Origin: Gemmatimonadaceae bacterium | GTDB lineage: Bacteria > Gemmatimonadota > Gemmatimonadetes > Gemmatimonadales > Gemmatimonadaceae | Assembly (NCBI GenBank): GCA_031360095.1 | Contig: JANMAY010000055.1 | Location: forward strand, 175 to 64,174 | Length of the DNA: 64,000 bases | Direction of reading: 5' to 3' | Shown: positions 61,101 to 64,000 of the stretch, one piece after another | How the letters are laid out: each line of letters begins with the position of its first letter | How positions within the stretch are numbered: the stretch's first letter is position 1 | Program-made: the position numbers and the translations under genes | The notes under the pieces: generated by a model | Database searches by the model: none | Seen by the model: only the letters and a program-made list of their open reading frames with translations | Told to the model about the DNA's origin: nothing

Positions 61101-61315
61101 TTCGGCCCAAAGAGGCCCGGCTTTTTGCCCGTGTCGGCGGCTGGGGCGCGCGGGAGCCTGGGCTTTCGGCTCGAGTCGGCGCCGGGCGGATGCAACGTGT
61201 CCACCCGCACGGAGTCCACGCGCGGCACCGGTGTGGACGGCGGCTGCTGCGCGCTCGCGGGCGAAGGCATGGCGAACACCGCAATTGCGGCGACGAGCCG
61301 GAGAACGCGCACCAA
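55151..61315 (-). CDS. sprA: SprA-like giant outer-membrane protein (type IX secretion translocon family)
   Basis: 2054-aa ORF with a signal peptide (VLRLVAAIAVFAMPSPASAQQ). The N-terminal block NIYYQGKATDRLQRVEVGNVAFALPSTRFLSSGVPSGNYGLQANGRLGRFRLQAIAAQQKGN parallels the conserved SprA block (...LEAGNVSMP...GxQxLFG...QFG...AQQxS). The rest has beta-rich composition throughout. The start codon is TTG (61315) or the adjacent GTG (61312). Confidence 0.7.
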   Translation of the reverse strand: MVRVLRLVAAIAVFAMPSPASAQQPPSTPVPRVDSVRVDTLHPPGADSSRKPRLPRAPAADTGKKPGLFGPNTDLNVDVRTRIEAKGERRLDEKCNTGQFIPGVECRPGLTPDFKFQFTMQSTGTVADRVHVNVDYDTQREFDASNALNIYYQGKATDRLQRVEVGNVAFALPSTRFLSSGVPSGNYGLQANGRLGRFRLQAIAAQQKGNIAQERTYLIADRTRQSAEHEILDNQIEPRRFFFTVDPTLFTGTYPNIDILDRRQLTALAASLPDTLRPRRVLLYRVQFGTQPQNPNGPRFRLIGDPGGGRQTYDVLREGVDYYLDPSQLWFALVRPLNQTNERLVVAYTVRINGVDTVYPATGGTPDLQFSSADQQANLVSDPNVLPGTPAFRREIRSVYRVGGEELVRATTTLRIVSGAGEQEKPAAGSYATFLQMLGLAQATNPASFDIENRLWPRPSDPNYSAAAGGTAGLASAASLGAASSASAASGGRIIRDHFVIFPSLQPFARRDSGLVVPGNPSNDAIYVTPGEYLYSPQHPANVYRLKVRYETDASTESTGGAVMLGSVQVRRGSERVVLDGRPLVRDVDYRVDYELGRLTFARPDTLFTRQRAVSVRFEENPLFAVTPTTLFGMTSTLPLPNGELNFIAVQQSQKTNFTRPQLGFEPVSSLLAGVNGQIGWEVAPLTRLMNRLPFVKSTTPSRLSVQGEFATSRPQLNTQAQAFIESFEGEAGITVGLSDQNWALASQPADGHLLPRKYGVNPFDLRRASTIAFQNNGLSADGVNVLVRGDSIDQNALTAGLFSSNETVLWLTLYPLSIGGRYDPATRTYAWSVANAPSGRRFRSVRTVLSPSGADLSRVEDLEFWTLVDTSAARRASNPTLVFDLGEISENTVAFAPETLVVRPGSTPDSLFRGKKLQGFDRLDSERDPISRAFNADANDTGLPGDIADTLLVDTGAGTTRAFNVPLCSGTLNVVARLGDTRANCTVHNNKLDEEDIDLDNVLNLPSSVRDRERITRFVVDLSDQKRWVRFGKRFVQRLDATGTPRALQWVQVKVPFRLADDTLNDVLLRRVRALRVTMVSGAGARDDEFIQIPLARLKLTGAPWIKRNEQTLSGIAGERPAGGYTQTSLIGTADKSTVSGDDYQPPPGVIDEADTRTSQFTTGLTQINERSLRLQAGNLPVYGRAEAYYRFPNGQQSFMGYQQLRLWARGRRNGWGDRGELQMYVKIGRDANNFYLYRTPVNSGPGQEAWNPEVRVDFDRFFQLRQRIQNAYLQNKGDTLSCTGADAALVNASPIPAISGQQRYAACDGGYMVYTVEPGAAPPNLAAVQEMAVGFVRLPATGGAPSTIGPADSLELWVDDIRLGQVVNHPGYAGQMSVALSAAGIADIRVGFTKKDPYFRQLTDQPSFVNDRVFDLVGTVHLEKLLPVSFGFAVPLTITHVSAASTPLFLSGTDVPGAGVQNLRAPSQGVTTYALTVRRTAPVGNPLVSALVDNLGLTSTYTTGDSRNEYQRGVSDNFAMSLDYSVAAEARRTRVPGLLGSPSRFMPGFFRFADTLNQPTLFRWNPTVLRFSSGVVRGTDQRFSFLKPAAAFDDSARVSRAEQNLWRNASTLEFRPTDALTARWDFISLRDLRDYGDTTAAARAATDSRAQLFGANVGMERERSLLTSMAFAPQRSQWFKPRVDFGTQYGMLRDPNAGSLAGLTFGNTVTETLPRRITVSQNLGGGVTIDLGRALTIYGADSSLARRLARVFAPLDITVNRSLLSAFDAASNGSPLGLQFGLGGIDAFRQANGQLAATTGLTQALAASQSFLFPGNVAFVNRYRRTTTRSWTRRSDDAQSVADGAQTVFPDVSVRWNWKPPAMVLPFLASVGANAGYARSLASTLLPGDVNRERPELRGSRTRTIPLNASVLWGFGRGLTSSAGYTLTTRVDSLPGSVADGRSEEVSLDIGRPFKLPKSLGFTIENDIRTRVGWQQTRTSTYINDLARLGTSRLADNGRSAVSINADTDLSETVIFTLQGSRVITYDNNFNRRATQLVLSTVLQVQFFGEPK

Positions 61316-61454
61316 TTCAGGGAGGCGGGGTATCGAACCGCCGGGTAGACTTGAAATCTGGCGGTGGCGGTGCGGAATTTACTGGCTGCGACGCACGCTA
61401 CAACCCTGTGCAACTCTTGAAGTTCCGCGCGCCTCACGCACCTCGGCCTACAGC

Positions 61455-63278
61455 GTGAAGATAATCACCCGTTACGTCCTCCGGGAACACGCTGGCCCAC
61501 TGGCGTTCGCGTTCACTGCGCTGACGTCGTTGATGCTGCTGAACTTCATCTCCCGGCAGTTCGGGGAGCTGGTGGGCAAGGGGCTGCCGTGGAGCGTGAT
61601 TGGCAAGTTTTTCCTCCTGTCCATTCCGTTCACGGTGGCACTCACGGTACCGATGTCCGTGCTCGTGGCAGTGCTGTTTGCGTATAGCCGGCTGGCGGCG
61701 GAGAACGAAGTAACGGCGCTCAAGGCCAATGGGGTGAGTCCGTGGCGCATGGTCACGCCGGCGATTCTGGCCGGGCTGGTGATGTCGGCGCTGCTGCTGG
61801 CCTTCAACGACCAGGTGCTGCCGCGTGCCAATCACGAGCTCAAGACGCTGCAAGAGGACATCTCGCAGACGCGACCCACGCTGCTGCTCAAGCCGCAGGT
61901 GATCAACGCCGTCTCGGAAGGAAAGTTGTACTTGAAGGCGGGATCGATCGACAATGGTGGCGGCCGGATGAAAGAGGTGGTGATCTACGATCTCAGCGAG
62001 TCGACGCGGCGGCGCACGATCTACGCGCAGCGCGGCGCGATTGCCTTCGCGCCCAATAAAGTCGACCTCGATCTCGATTTGTATGATGGCGAGATGCAGG
62101 AGGTGTCGACCGAAAAACCCACTCAGCTGAGCCGGATGTTTTTCAAGAAGGACCGCATTCGCGTTCGAAATGTCGGGCGGACCTTCTCGCAGAGCGCATC
62201 CGATTCGTCAAGCAAGGGCGATCGCGAGATGAGCATCTGCGAGATGCAGAAGCGTCTCTGGTCCGAGGAGACGCGCTACGACATGGCGAAGCGCGAATAC
62301 GCGCAGGTGCAGCGAGCGACGAATCGGTCGCTCGATCAACTGCCGCCGAGCTTCCGCCGCAAAATCGCGGAGCCACATGGCATCGGGTGGGTGTACTGCA
62401 CGCTGATGAACAAGGTGGGAGCGGTGCGCACCGCACACGCTGCCGACGTGGGCGCTGTGGTGTTGCACGCGTGGCAGGACACGGTGCCCCGGAAGCCGGT
62501 CGTGCAGCCGGCGATCGTGCGTGTGGAGTCGACGGCTGCCACGCCGCCGGTACGTCCGGAGACGAGCACCGCGGCCAAGCCGGTCATGATCACCCCACTG
62601 CAGGCACCAGCCACCGTCCCTGCGCCGGTACAGCAACCGGTGCAGCAACCGCTGCAGCAACCGCTGCAGCAGCCGGCGGTGGGAGTTGGCCAGCCCGTGT
62701 TGACGCCATTGCCCGCGGGCACTGTTCCCGGGGTCACTCCGGGTGTTCCAGGACCGGCGATGGATGCACAGGCCAGAATCGCCGCGCAAGCTGCGGCGGC
62801 GATGGCGACCGGGAACGTGTCCACTGAAATGACGATGCTGACTGCACGAAAGATGGAGGCGAAGGTGCGGTTGGACATGGCACAGCGTGCGCGCAATCGC
62901 TACGACATCGAGATTCACAAGAAGTTCTCGCTCGCGGCTGCATGTTTGATCTTTTGCATCGTGGCGCCGCCGATTGCGCTGCGCTTTCCGCGCGGCGGGG
63001 TGGGGCTGGTGCTCGTCGTGAGCCTGGTGGTGTTCGCGCTGTACTACGTGGGGCTGATCGGCGGCGAGTCATTGGCCAACAAGGGAATCGTGCCGCCATT
63101 TTGGGCGATGTGGGGCACAAACGTCATCATGACGCTGGTGGGGCTCGTGCTGCTGTTGCGCATGGGATACGAGAGCAACACCGGTCGCGGAGGCGGTGTG
63201 CGTGAATGGCTCGACAACATGCGGGCGCGGCGGGAGGATCGGCGAGCGGCGTCGCTTCGTGCGAAGGCCGCGGCATGA
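61455..63278 (+). CDS. LptF/LptG-family (YjgP/YjgQ) permease with a long Pro/Gln/Ala-rich insertion
   Basis: ORF 60942-63278 trimmed to the in-frame GTG at 61455 (VKIITRYVLREHAGPLAFAFTALTSLMLLNFI, the canonical family N-terminus). It has three N-terminal and three C-terminal transmembrane helices. At 607 aa it is much longer than the usual ~360-400 aa. The upstream part of the ORF overlaps sprA antisense. Confidence 0.8.
   Translation: MKIITRYVLREHAGPLAFAFTALTSLMLLNFISRQFGELVGKGLPWSVIGKFFLLSIPFTVALTVPMSVLVAVLFAYSRLAAENEVTALKANGVSPWRMVTPAILAGLVMSALLLAFNDQVLPRANHELKTLQEDISQTRPTLLLKPQVINAVSEGKLYLKAGSIDNGGGRMKEVVIYDLSESTRRRTIYAQRGAIAFAPNKVDLDLDLYDGEMQEVSTEKPTQLSRMFFKKDRIRVRNVGRTFSQSASDSSSKGDREMSICEMQKRLWSEETRYDMAKREYAQVQRATNRSLDQLPPSFRRKIAEPHGIGWVYCTLMNKVGAVRTAHAADVGAVVLHAWQDTVPRKPVVQPAIVRVESTAATPPVRPETSTAAKPVMITPLQAPATVPAPVQQPVQQPLQQPLQQPAVGVGQPVLTPLPAGTVPGVTPGVPGPAMDAQARIAAQAAAAMATGNVSTEMTMLTARKMEAKVRLDMAQRARNRYDIEIHKKFSLAAACLIFCIVAPPIALRFPRGGVGLVLVVSLVVFALYYVGLIGGESLANKGIVPPFWAMWGTNVIMTLVGLVLLLRMGYESNTGRGGGVREWLDNMRARREDRRAASLRAKAAA
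62625..62672 (+). repeat. Four tandem 12-nt units (CCGSTRCAGCAR) encoding PVQQ-PVQQ-PLQQ-PLQQ
   Basis: Counted directly. The repeat is in frame within the permease gene and lies inside its low-complexity insertion. Confidence 0.9.
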
Positions 63279-64000
63279 GAGTCGGGCATCCGCTGGACCG
63301 CTACGTCTTCGTGGAATGGACGAAGATCTTCCTCGCTACGGCTCTGGGCCTGCCGTTTCTGCTGGTGATCATCGATTTGACGGATCACTTGCAGGTATAC
63401 CTCGATCGAAGCATTCCGCGCGGCGACATCCTGCTGAGCTATCTCTACTGGATACCGCAGTCGATGTTTCTGGCCATGCCGGCCGCTGTGCTGTTCGCGA
63501 CGGTCTTCTCGATTGGCACGTTGACGCGGCACTCGGAGGTGACGGCGGCGAAGGCGTCGGGGATCAGCTTCTATCGGCTCGTCGCACCGATTCTGCTCGG
63601 GGCGTTGCTGGCGGCGGGCGCGGACCTCGTCATCGGGGAGTTGGTGCCCATTACCGACGCGAGGCGCAACGACCTGCTAGGGGAAAGCAAGATCGGATCG
63701 GGAACGCAGCGCGCGAATTTTGCCTTTGCCGGCGAGTACGGCCGCGTGTTCAAGGCGCAGCTACTCGATGTCACGCGGTCGTCGCTGGACGGTCTCCAGA
63801 TCGAACGCCGCGGGCGAGGGGCGGATTACCCAACCGTGGTGATATCCGCGGTGGGCGCGAAGTTCGTTCCCAACACCGGGTGGATCGTTCGAGAAGGAGA
63901 GATGCACGTCATTCGTGATACGACTCCCGCGATGAACCTGAGCTTTACCCAAATGCGGGACCGCCGGATGAATGAGGTGAAGCCGGCGGACATGATGGCC
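63275..64000 (+). CDS. Second LptF/LptG-family permease, N-terminal part; the gene continues beyond the window end
   Basis: My own translation from the ATG at 63275 gives MRVGHPLDRYVFVEWTKIFLATALGLPFLLVIIDLTDHLQVYLDRSIPRGDILLSYLYWIPQSMFLAMPAAVLFATVFSIGTLTRHSEVTAAKASGISFYRLVAPILLGALL... The start overlaps the upstream stop (ATGA at 63275-63278). It is not in the ORF track because it runs off the edge. Confidence 0.8.
   Translation, partial: MRVGHPLDRYVFVEWTKIFLATALGLPFLLVIIDLTDHLQVYLDRSIPRGDILLSYLYWIPQSMFLAMPAAVLFATVFSIGTLTRHSEVTAAKASGISFYRLVAPILLGALLAAGADLVIGELVPITDARRNDLLGESKIGSGTQRANFAFAGEYGRVFKAQLLDVTRSSLDGLQIERRGRGADYPTVVISAVGAKFVPNTGWIVREGEMHVIRDTTPAMNLSFTQMRDRRMNEVKPADMMA

Noticed and set aside
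61321-61345. tRNA-like T-arm motif (minus strand GGCGGTTCGATACCCCGCC) upstream of sprA
   Set aside because: I tried to fold the surrounding ~80 nt. The T-stem does not pair with a 7-nt loop, and no acceptor, D or anticodon arms can be formed. It is at most a degenerate fragment, and I do not call a tRNA or an integration site.
60942-61454. 171-codon N-terminal extension of the permease ORF 60942-63278
   Set aside because: It overlaps the 5' end of sprA antisense. The canonical LptF/G N-terminus (KIITRYVLRE...) starts at the in-frame GTG at 61455.

Overview
The window is visibly GC-rich (GC not computed) and gene-dense, and looks like bacterial chromosome. I call 38 protein-coding genes plus one interrupted gene. 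I found no rRNA, tRNA, CRISPR array, transposase or integrase. Family assignments rest on motifs and domain order recognised by eye in the supplied translations; no search was run.

The gene mix is typical of Gemmatimonadota or similar soil phyla, but this is inference only. It includes TonB-dependent receptors, Planctomycete/Verrucomicrobia-type heme-binding dehydrogenase proteins, Ser/Thr kinases with TolB-like or TPR tails, and an SprA homolog.

Layout:
- **1-31.2 kb:** a rhamnose/pectin-type glycan utilisation region. It holds a tightly coupled L-rhamnose catabolic operon (rhaI-rhaB-rhaEW plus ABC importer), a TonB receptor-GH31 pair, an esterase-lyase fusion, GH78, GH16, GH95, a GH106-like gene and an unassigned glycosidase. 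It also holds a 1341-aa dehydrogenase/HEAT/DUF1080/cytochrome c protein.
- **31.3-39.6 kb:** a zinc-peptidase/ATP-grasp pair, a Ser/Thr kinase, a multicopper oxidase with cytochrome c, and small lipoproteins.
- **39.6-43.8 kb:** a second dehydrogenase-cytochrome c protein in one operon with a beta-propeller protein and L-rhamnose mutarotase.
- **44.3-52.7 kb:** type IV pilus motor genes. The order is comEA, pilB, Ser/Thr kinase, a PAS protein on the opposite strand, pilT, and pilC carrying an in-frame TAG.
- **52.8-64 kb:** marR-doxX, an M28/glutaminyl-cyclase-like lipoprotein, a 2054-aa SprA-like outer-membrane protein, and two LptF/LptG-family permeases.

The non-coding signals I consider most worth follow-up:
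- Two intercistronic inverted arrays of a tandem 8-bp unit (GTAGGACG), 19 copies in total, between pilT/pilC and between sprA and the M28 gene.
- A 16-bp palindrome shared by two rhamnose-locus promoter regions.
- A 24-bp perfect AT-centred palindrome inside the glycosidase operon.
- A 14-bp motif present upstream of both marR and doxX.
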